Assembly (NCBI GenBank): GCA_964608605.1
Contig: CAZSOS010000001.1
Span: 207,452 to 271,451, forward strand
DNA from: an uncultured Candidatus Saccharibacteria bacterium
GTDB lineage: Bacteria; Patescibacteriota; Minisyncoccia; Phycocordibacterales; UBA918
Direction: 5' to 3'
Length of the DNA: 64,000 bases
How positions within the stretch are numbered: the stretch's first letter is position 1; the number at the start of each line of letters is the position of its first letter. Position numbers and translations under genes: made by a program. The notes beneath the pieces are model-generated. The model saw only the letters and a list, made by a program, of their open reading frames with translations. It was not told the DNA's origin and searched no databases. Shown here piece by piece: positions 8,567-15,798 of this stretch.

Positions 8567-8880
8567 TCGAGAGGATGAATTGATAAATGGGAACGAAAAG
8601 CGCCCGGGCAAAAATTCAGGTGTCTGAATTTTTGCCCGGGCGATCTTGATCGCGGTTCCACCGGACTTCCCGTTATACTAGTCAGACTAGTATAACGGCT
8701 TATTGGACAGATTAGGCTTAAAAGCGTCCTTCGACCCATGGGTGGTAGCCACGGCAATCTCTGTTGTAAACATCATAACCGCTAGACCGCGGTCGTCAAC
8801 CCCGTTAGAGGGTACTGGCATATACCCGCAATAGACTAGTAGGTCATTAAGCACCCTGAACAGGGCTCTCTAACGGGGTC
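8567..8880 (-). promoter_or_regulatory. putative T-box leader (tRNA-Thr responsive) of thrS
   Basis: On the minus strand, GGTGGAACCGCG matches the T-box core GGUGGNACCGCG. It sits 10 nt upstream of a strong terminator hairpin (8599-8641) followed by CTTTTCG, ~30 nt before the thrS start. A long stem I (CCCCGTTAGAGAG...CTCTAACGGGG) has an ACC triplet at the 3' side of its internal loop. Confidence 0.55.
8670..8698. repeat. 29-bp perfect palindrome CCGTTATACTAGTCAGACTAGTATAACGG
   Basis: Lies inside the thrS leader. Same core as copies at 2351 and 29995. Confidence 0.7.
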
Positions 8881-11800
8881 AATAGCTTCGCGTTATCTAA
8901 GAGGATGGTCGGCTGGTCATTGCGCAGCTGCAACTTGCCCTTGACCGCCACGCAGGCGGCCGGCCGCAACACGTCCTGGAGCGCACGGTAGGTCTCGGGG
9001 AAGGCGGTCATCTCGATCTGATGGGTATGATCGACGAGCTGGATAAAGGCCATCTTGTCGCCCTTCTTAGTAAGGAGCTCGCGCACGCTTTCCACCATGC
9101 CGGCAGTGACCACACCGCCTTTCATGCGCACCACGTTGATCTCTTCCTTGTTATTGACCGCGTTCACGATCGCCCCGATCGGGATCCGCGGCGGCTTATT
9201 GAGCTCGCCTTGATACTGATCGAGCGGATGACCGGACACGTAGACGCCTAGCAGCTCCTTCTCCCAGGATAATTTCTGCGCGTCGAGGAGAGGAGCGACC
9301 GGATCGAGGCGGAGGGAGGCGGCGGCGAAGCCGCCGCCGAAAAGCGACTCCTGCGACGCCTCCTTGGCCGAGACTTCCGCCTTGTTGAAGGCGAGCAGAT
9401 TGTCGATATTTCCATACATGAGACCGCGGTCCTCGAACCGGTCCAAGGCGCCAGTCTGGATCAAGGCTTCAAGCGATTTCTTGTTCAGGTTGCGGTCGTG
9501 CACGCGGGAAAGGAAGTCGGCCAAAGAAGCGTACGGACCGTTCCGCTTCCGTTCCTCGATGATGGCTTCGGCAATGCCTTCGCCGAAATTCTTGATGGTG
9601 GTGAGACCGAAGCGGATCTTCTCCGTCCCCGGCACCACGGAGAAGTCGGCGAAGGATTCGTTGATGTCCGGCGGCAGGACTTCTAGTCCCATACGCTCGC
9701 ATTCGTGGATGATCTCGGAGATCTTCTCGGTGTCGCCCGAGTCGGCGGTCAAGACCGCCGACATGTATTCGACCGGATAGTTAGCCTTCATATAGGCCGT
9801 CTGGTAGGCCACGCGGCCGTAACTGGCGGCGTGCGCCTTGTTGAAGCCGTAAGCGGCGAACGGCTCGATCAATTTCCACAGCTGATCGGCCTTTTGAGGC
9901 GTAAGCTTGCCTTTCTCCACGAAGCCCTTTAAGAGCTTCTCCTTCTCGGCCTCCATCACCTCCGGGATCTTCTTACCCATGGCCTTGCGGAGCTTGTCGG
10001 CGTCGAGCCAGGAGTATCCGGCCAGGGTAATGGCCGTCATCATGACGTCGTCTTGGTAGGTGATCACGCCATAGGAGCGATCGAGGATGGTCTCGAGCCG
10101 GGGGTCGAGATACGAGACCAGGGCCGGATTATGCTTGCGCTCGATGTACTGCGGGATCGACTCCATCGGGCCCGGGCGATAGAGAGCCACCATGGCGTTG
10201 ATGTCGTGGATGGTCGACGGCCGGAGCTGCTTCAAGAAGGCCGTCATGCCGGTGCCGTTCAGCTGGAACAGGCCCATCGTCTCGCCGCGCGCCAGCATCT
10301 CGAAGGTCAGCTTGTCGTCGAGCGGAATGTTCTCGATGTCCACCTCGATGCCGCGGATCTTGCGCACGCGCCGGACGGCGTCAGCCAGGATGGCCAGGTT
10401 CTTGATACCCAGGAAGTCGAACTTGAGGAGTCCGACGCCGTCCTCGCCGACCGAGCGCATCTCGTATTGAGTGATCAGCTTGCCGGTCTTCGGGTCGGGC
10501 TGCACCGGCACGAAGTGATTCAAGGGTTCCGGCGCGATGACGACGCCGGCGGCGTGCACTCCCAGGTGCCGCACGCGTCCTTCGATCATCTTCGCCAAGT
10601 CGATCACCTCGCGCACTTCCGATTCGCCCTTGTATATCTTAGAGAGCTCCGGCTCGATCTCCAGAGCCTTCTTGATGGTCATGGGAAAGCCCTGGCTGCC
10701 CATGGGGATCAGCTTGGCCACCCGGTCGCCGACCGAGTATGCGTGGCCCAAGGCTCGGGCCACGTCGCGCACGGCGGCACGGGCCATCATGGTGCCGAAG
10801 GTACCGATCTGCGCCACCTTGTCCTCGCCGTACTTCTCTTTGGCGTACTCGATGATCTCGTCGCGCCGATTATCGGCGTAGTCCATGTCGATATCGGGAG
10901 CCGAAGGGCGCTCCGGGTTCAAGAACCGCTCGAAGGGAAGCTTGTATTCAAGCGGATCCACGTTGGTGATGCCCAAGACGTAGGTAGTGAGACTGCCGGC
11001 CACCGAACCGCGGATGGTTGTCAGGATCGCGCGTTCCCGCGCCTCGCGCAGCAGGTCGCCCACCACCAGGAAGTACTTGGCGTAGCCCTTCATCTTGATG
11101 ACCTCGAGCTCGTAGTCGAGGCGGGTCTTCACCTCAACATCATCGAGTGACAGCCCGCGCCAGGCGACTCCTTTGTAGGCCAGTTCCTTCAGCTCATCGT
11201 CCGGCTCCTGGCCGCTCTCGATGATGTAGTTAGGGAAGTACCAGACCGTGCCGATGGGGATCTCCACGTTGCAGGCCTCGGCCACCTTCACCGTGTTAGC
11301 GACCGCTTCCGGCACGTCGGCCATCCGCCGCTTCATCTCCTCTTGAGTGAGGAAGGAAAAGTCCTCGGCCTCATCCAGCGCGCCGCTTAAGTCCACCACG
11401 CCGCCGTTTTGGATCTTCACCATGGTCTCGCGGGCCACGCGGTCTTCCGGACGCAGATAGTACACGTCGTGCGCCGCCAAAAGCGGCACGCCCGTCTTCC
11501 GGGCTAGTTCCTTTATCCTCTCCTGATTCTCGTTATGATCGAGGATCTCCGGATGGTTCGTGATCTCCAAGTAGCAATCCTCGCCGAACACTTGCCGGTA
11601 CCAATCCAGGCGCTCGCCGGCTCTCTCGGCGTTCCTATCCTTCAAAGCCTGCGCCACCTCGCCGGCGAAAGAGGGAATGATGGCGATCAGGTCCTCCCGG
11701 TGGCGTTCCAGAAGCTCTTGGTCAAGACGGGGTCGATAGTAGAAGCCGTCGATGTAGGAACGGGTGACCAGCTCGATCAGATTACGGTAGCCGTTGTTGT

Positions 11801-12101
11801 TCTTAGCCAAGAGGACCAGGCGGCCGCGCGGCTTGTCGATGCCCGTGTCCTTATCGAAACGGGTGCGGGGAGCCAAGAAGGCGTCGATGCCGATGATCGG
11901 TTTTATCTCCTCCGCTTGGCAGGCCTTATAGAAGTCGATGGCACCGTAAAGGGCCCCGTTGTCGGTGATGGCCAAGGCGTCCTGGCCGTCGGCCTTGGCC
12001 GCCTTAGCGAGCTCTTTTGGCGTCGGCAGGGCGTTCAGAAGGGAATAGTGGGTATGGACGTGGAGGTGGACGAATTCAGCCGTCAGCGGTTTGCCGTTCA
12101 T
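8847..12101 (-). CDS. dnaE: DNA polymerase III alpha subunit
   Basis: 1084 aa with N-terminal PHP domain (HLHVHTHYSLL) and polymerase core. Confidence 0.95.
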   Translation of the reverse strand: MNGKPLTAEFVHLHVHTHYSLLNALPTPKELAKAAKADGQDALAITDNGALYGAIDFYKACQAEEIKPIIGIDAFLAPRTRFDKDTGIDKPRGRLVLLAKNNNGYRNLIELVTRSYIDGFYYRPRLDQELLERHREDLIAIIPSFAGEVAQALKDRNAERAGERLDWYRQVFGEDCYLEITNHPEILDHNENQERIKELARKTGVPLLAAHDVYYLRPEDRVARETMVKIQNGGVVDLSGALDEAEDFSFLTQEEMKRRMADVPEAVANTVKVAEACNVEIPIGTVWYFPNYIIESGQEPDDELKELAYKGVAWRGLSLDDVEVKTRLDYELEVIKMKGYAKYFLVVGDLLREARERAILTTIRGSVAGSLTTYVLGITNVDPLEYKLPFERFLNPERPSAPDIDMDYADNRRDEIIEYAKEKYGEDKVAQIGTFGTMMARAAVRDVARALGHAYSVGDRVAKLIPMGSQGFPMTIKKALEIEPELSKIYKGESEVREVIDLAKMIEGRVRHLGVHAAGVVIAPEPLNHFVPVQPDPKTGKLITQYEMRSVGEDGVGLLKFDFLGIKNLAILADAVRRVRKIRGIEVDIENIPLDDKLTFEMLARGETMGLFQLNGTGMTAFLKQLRPSTIHDINAMVALYRPGPMESIPQYIERKHNPALVSYLDPRLETILDRSYGVITYQDDVMMTAITLAGYSWLDADKLRKAMGKKIPEVMEAEKEKLLKGFVEKGKLTPQKADQLWKLIEPFAAYGFNKAHAASYGRVAYQTAYMKANYPVEYMSAVLTADSGDTEKISEIIHECERMGLEVLPPDINESFADFSVVPGTEKIRFGLTTIKNFGEGIAEAIIEERKRNGPYASLADFLSRVHDRNLNKKSLEALIQTGALDRFEDRGLMYGNIDNLLAFNKAEVSAKEASQESLFGGGFAAASLRLDPVAPLLDAQKLSWEKELLGVYVSGHPLDQYQGELNKPPRIPIGAIVNAVNNKEEINVVRMKGGVVTAGMVESVRELLTKKGDKMAFIQLVDHTHQIEMTAFPETYRALQDVLRPAACVAVKGKLQLRNDQPTILLDNAKLLTPLESPVQGA

Positions 12102-12124
12102 AAGTGATATTATTGTAGCAAATT

Positions 12125-12721
12125 ATGAAATGGTTGGTTGGTGTGGATGAAGCTGGACGCGGGCCTTTGGCCGGGCCGGTAGCGGTCGGGGTGGCGGTAG
12201 TGCCGGCGGATTTCGATTGGTCCCTGGTGCCGGGGGTGGGGGACTCGAAGAAATTGAGCGAGGCGAAGCGGGAAACGATATTTGCCAGGGCACATGAACT
12301 AAAGAAAGTAGGGGCGCTGGATTTCGCGGTCGGACAAGCCGCGGCCAGTGTCATAGACAGCCGCGGGATCGTGGGCGCCGTCGCGGCGGCGATGGGAAGC
12401 GCTCTTAATAAGCTAGCCCTGACTCCCGAAGATTGCGAGGTCCGCCTCGACGGCGCCCTCCGCGCCCCGACCATCTATACTCGACAGATCACCATCATCA
12501 AAGGCGACGCGCTGGAGCCGGTCATCGGCCTGGCGTCGATAATGGCGAAGGTGACCCGTGACCGTTACATGGCGCGAATGGCGGCTTCGCCGCCATTCGC
12601 GCCATACCAATTCGATATCCATAAAGGCTACGGCACCAAAGCCCACCGCGAACTCATCAAACAACATGGCCTATCCGATATCCACCGCCGAAGCTTCTGC
12701 CGCAATTGCCTGTCCGATTAA
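12125..12721 (+). CDS. rnhB: ribonuclease HII
   Basis: VDEAGRGPLAGPV motif and RNase HII fold. Confidence 0.9.
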   Translation: MKWLVGVDEAGRGPLAGPVAVGVAVVPADFDWSLVPGVGDSKKLSEAKRETIFARAHELKKVGALDFAVGQAAASVIDSRGIVGAVAAAMGSALNKLALTPEDCEVRLDGALRAPTIYTRQITIIKGDALEPVIGLASIMAKVTRDRYMARMAASPPFAPYQFDIHKGYGTKAHRELIKQHGLSDIHRRSFCRNCLSD

Positions 12722-12766
12722 AAGGGTGTATGGTTCTAGCCAGTACGTAACCAGGAGAGACTGAAA

Positions 12767-12934
12767 GTGAATGAACCATCCTTGGCTGGCGCCATAAAAC
12801 CCGACCAGAAGCCGGCGGAGCCTTTGAAAGGCAAGCTGGCCCTGATCGAAGAAGCCCGCAAATGCCGTTTGGCGGCCACGCCGATCGACCAGCGACTGCT
12901 GGAGCTGCCGCGGCTCATGCGCCAGGTGGCCTGA
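12767..12934 (+). CDS. small hypothetical protein (55 aa, GTG start)
   Basis: AGGAGAG RBS 7 nt upstream of GTG. The ORF ends just before the terminator at 12942. Not in the ORF track because it is <60 aa. Confidence 0.25.
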   Translation: MNEPSLAGAIKPDQKPAEPLKGKLALIEEARKCRLAATPIDQRLLELPRLMRQVA

Positions 12935-12941
12935 CCGGCCC

Positions 12942-12975
12942 TAGGCCCACCCGGAAGGGTGGGCCTTTCCTTTTT
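12942..12975 (+). terminator. intrinsic terminator
   Basis: GGCCCACCCGGAAGGGTGGGCC followed by TTTCCTTTTTT. Confidence 0.7.
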
Positions 12976-13003
12976 TAGAATATCTGCTATAATAGCCGCC
13001 ATT

Positions 13004-13282
13004 ATGGTAGTCCGAATGAGACATACGCGGTCGCACACCGCCAACCGCCGCAGCCACCACGCTCTTAAAGCGCCGGCTGTCGTGTCGTGCAAGAACTGCG
13101 GCGCCGGCCACCGCCCGCACCACATGTGCCTGGAATGCGGCTTTTATAACGGCCGACAGATCATCGACCTGGCCGGGAAGAAGGCCGCTCGCGAAGAACG
13201 CATGAAGGCTAAGCGCGAAGCCATGAAGGGTTCGGCTTTCGGAGACGAATCCGCCGCCACCCCGACCGAAGAGAAGAAATAA
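13004..13282 (+). CDS. rpmF: 50S ribosomal protein L32
   Basis: HTRSHTANRRSHHAL...CKNCGAGHRPHHMCLECGFY matches the L32 zinc-ribbon pattern. -10 TATAAT at 12983 and a near-leaderless start. Confidence 0.85.
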   Translation: MVVRMRHTRSHTANRRSHHALKAPAVVSCKNCGAGHRPHHMCLECGFYNGRQIIDLAGKKAAREERMKAKREAMKGSAFGDESAATPTEEKK

Positions 13283-13310
13283 TCAGTCGTAGGCTAAATT
13301 TTGAATGACG

Positions 13311-13349
13311 AATTTTGAATTTCGAGTCAATTTCGAAATTCAAAATTCG
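13311..13349. repeat. AT-rich perfect 16-bp inverted repeat (GAATTTTGAATTTCGA / TCGAAATTCAAAATTC)
   Basis: Hairpin between rpmF and nusB. Belongs to a TTTCGAAATT-rich family that also occurs before rnc. Confidence 0.6.
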
Positions 13350-13425
13350 AAATTTGTAATTCAGCCAGTAATCCCCACATGTTCTACTCCAGTGGACATG
13401 ATGGACAAAGAGTCTGTTATTATAA

Positions 13426-14343
13426 ATGACAGCACATCTCGCTATGGCTAATCGGCACCTTTCCAGATCCATCATCCTGCAGACCCTCTTCGAGTGGGAC
13501 CAGAACAGCATCGCCAAGGAAGATATGGCGGGCGTGCTCCGTCGCAACGTCGACGAGTTCGCCAAGAACAAGAGCGACCTGGCCTTCATGGAACGAGTGC
13601 TCGACGGAGTACTCCAAAAGCAGAAGGAGCTGGATCTGGTCATCGAGAAGGCCGCTCCGGAATGGCCTCTGGATCGCATCTCTCCGGTCGACCGCAACAT
13701 CCTGCGCCTCGGCCTGTTCGAACTGCTTTTCTCCGACCGCAAGGAAGTGCCGGCCAAGGTGGCCATCAATGAGGCCATCGAGCTGGCCAAACAGTTCGGC
13801 GGGGAGAATTCCGGCCGCTTCGTGAATGGCGTCCTCGGCGCCGTCTATAAGGAGATCGGCGAACCCGGCAAGGACGAGATCACTAAAAGGAAGAAGGACG
13901 TGCCTTTCGAGAAGATGCCGGTAGTGCGTCTGGCTGGAGCCGTGGTCTACGCCGTCCATGAGGGCGAGATGTATCTAGCTTTGGTGCACGACATCTTCGG
14001 CCATTGGACCCTCTCCAAGAGCAAGGTGGCCGAGAGCGAGACCTCGGAAGAAGGCGCCACCCGCGCCCTCAGGGAAGAGGTGGGACTCGACATATCCATC
14101 GAGGCGGAGCTCGGTTCTAACGAATACGTAGCCAACAAACCCGACATTGGCAAGCACCGCAAGCAGGTGACTTACTTCCTGGCCACCGCGCCGTACGTCG
14201 AGCTATCCATGGAGAAGAAGGGTGGGCTCGATGACGCCAAATGGTTCAAGGTGGCCGAGATACTTGACTTGAACTTCTACGAGGATATATTGCCCATAGT
14301 CACTAAGGCAGTGACTATCCTGGTTTCCAAGAAACTGGCCTAA
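13426..14343 (+). CDS. nusB: NusB antitermination factor fused to a C-terminal Nudix hydrolase domain
   Basis: Residues 1-~150 are NusB-like (RSIILQTLFEWD...RFVNGVLGAV). The C-terminal ~150 aa has Nudix-like strands and a Nudix-box-like RALREEVGL. The ORF is continuous. Confidence 0.75.
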   Translation: MTAHLAMANRHLSRSIILQTLFEWDQNSIAKEDMAGVLRRNVDEFAKNKSDLAFMERVLDGVLQKQKELDLVIEKAAPEWPLDRISPVDRNILRLGLFELLFSDRKEVPAKVAINEAIELAKQFGGENSGRFVNGVLGAVYKEIGEPGKDEITKRKKDVPFEKMPVVRLAGAVVYAVHEGEMYLALVHDIFGHWTLSKSKVAESETSEEGATRALREEVGLDISIEAELGSNEYVANKPDIGKHRKQVTYFLATAPYVELSMEKKGGLDDAKWFKVAEILDLNFYEDILPIVTKAVTILVSKKLA

Positions 14344-14354
14344 GAAAAATTATT

Positions 14355-14440
14355 AATTTCGAGTTTTGAGTTTCGAATCAATTTTGAATGCCTTAAGCAT
14401 TCTAATTTTGGAAATTGATTCGAAATTCGAAATTCATAAT
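14355..14440. repeat. nested AT-rich inverted repeats (TTTCGAATCAATTT...AAATTGATTCGAAA with inner GAATGC/GCATTC)
   Basis: Extended hairpin immediately upstream of rnc. Confidence 0.55.
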
Positions 14441-14453
14441 TCGAAATTGAATC

Positions 14454-15149
14454 ATGGACCACGACCTATCTAAACTCGAGCGGCTTTTAGGAACGACCTT
14501 CGAGCATAAGGAATATCTTCTGTCGGCGATCACGCACCGCTCTTATCTGAACGAACATCGCGGCGCCACCCAGGAGCACAACGAGCGCTTGGAGTTCCTC
14601 GGCGACGCCGTCCTGGAGCTGGTGGTCACCGATTATCTCTTCCGAAAATACCCAAACAAGCCCGAAGGCGAGCTGACCGCCGTGCGCGCCGCCTTGGTGA
14701 ACACGGTTTCCTTGTCGGACTCCGCTCAAAAGCTGGGGCTCAACGACTTCATGCTGATGTCCAAGGGCGAGGCCAAGGACACCGGTCGGGCGCGACAATA
14801 CATCCTAGCCAACGCCTTCGAGTCCTGCATCGGCGCCATCTACCTCGACCAAGGCTACGAGGCGGCCGAACGTTTCATTGGCGATCATTTGTTCTCCAAG
14901 ACCGATCGCATCGTCGAAAAGCGCCTGTGGCAAGACCCTAAAAGCCGTTTCCAGGAATTTGCCCAAGACAAGGTCTCTATCACTCCGTCCTATGAGCTCC
15001 TGGCCCAGGAGGGTCCGGATCACGACCGGGTCTTTACCGTGGGCGTCTTCCTGAAAGGGGAGAAGGTGGCCGAAGGCCAGGGAAGGTCCAAGCAAGAAGC
15101 TGAGCAGGACGCGGCCGAGAAGGCCATAGAAAAGAAGGGCTGGATGTGA
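14454..15149 (+). CDS. rnc: ribonuclease III
   Basis: ERLEFLGDAVLELVV signature and a C-terminal dsRBD. Confidence 0.95.
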   Translation: MDHDLSKLERLLGTTFEHKEYLLSAITHRSYLNEHRGATQEHNERLEFLGDAVLELVVTDYLFRKYPNKPEGELTAVRAALVNTVSLSDSAQKLGLNDFMLMSKGEAKDTGRARQYILANAFESCIGAIYLDQGYEAAERFIGDHLFSKTDRIVEKRLWQDPKSRFQEFAQDKVSITPSYELLAQEGPDHDRVFTVGVFLKGEKVAEGQGRSKQEAEQDAAEKAIEKKGWM

Positions 15150-15180
15150 CGTAGTGATCAGCTGTCAGTTTTTATTTGTT

Positions 15181-15215
15181 AGTAAACGGCGGCGGGGCTT
15201 TGCCCCGCCGCCGTT
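15181..15215 (+). terminator. intrinsic terminator
   Basis: ACGGCGGCGGGGCTTTGCCCCGCCGCCGT. Confidence 0.65.
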
Positions 15216-15278
15216 CACCTTCGGTCATGCACATGCCCGCCCTGAACGAGACCCGAGAATTGCGATACAATACAAGCA

Positions 15279-15776
15279 ATGAAAAGCAAACTAGGAACCG
15301 GCCGGGGCTTCACCCTGGTCGAGATCATCGTGGTTATGGCGGTTATAAGCGTTTTGATGATGGTAGTTTTTGCTTCGTTCAGCGAATCCAGGAAGAAAGC
15401 CAGGGACACGGCCAGAATAGCCGACATGCAACAGCTCGCCGCCGCTCTTCAAGTCTACGCCGCTACCTATGGCAAATACCCCTCCGCCACCGAAGGCGCT
15501 TGCACTTGGCAAAACAGTTTCAACAGCGGAGGCTGCCTGCGAGTGTTGGTGACGACCGGATTGCTTCCCGTGCTGCCTACTGACCCCATTAATGAAGCGA
15601 CCAACGGCTCGGTCAACCGGCATCACTATTTTTACGATAACTGGTGCCAGGGCACGGGTACTTCTAATAAAAGTTACAGAATGTGGACATTGGGGGAGAC
15701 GCCCCAAGGAGGAATAGCCAAGAATTGGTGGCATGAAAACACCATTGGCATGACCACGTGCGCCGATCCGTCATGA
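15279..15776 (+). CDS. type IV pilin / pseudopilin (prepilin-type N-terminal cleavage/methylation domain)
   Basis: Leader MKSKLGTGRG followed by FTLVEIIVVMAVISVLMMVV, the class III signal with Phe+1 and Glu+5. Confidence 0.85.
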   Translation: MKSKLGTGRGFTLVEIIVVMAVISVLMMVVFASFSESRKKARDTARIADMQQLAAALQVYAATYGKYPSATEGACTWQNSFNSGGCLRVLVTTGLLPVLPTDPINEATNGSVNRHHYFYDNWCQGTGTSNKSYRMWTLGETPQGGIAKNWWHENTIGMTTCADPS

Positions 15777-15798
15777 CATAAACTGAAATTCATTCTCC

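Noticed and set aside
12767-12934. Identity of the small GTG ORF as a YceD/DUF177-like protein upstream of rpmF.
   Set aside because: It has the right position in a conserved operon, but it is only 55 aa and lacks the Cys motifs of YceD. It is kept as a low-confidence hypothetical CDS only.
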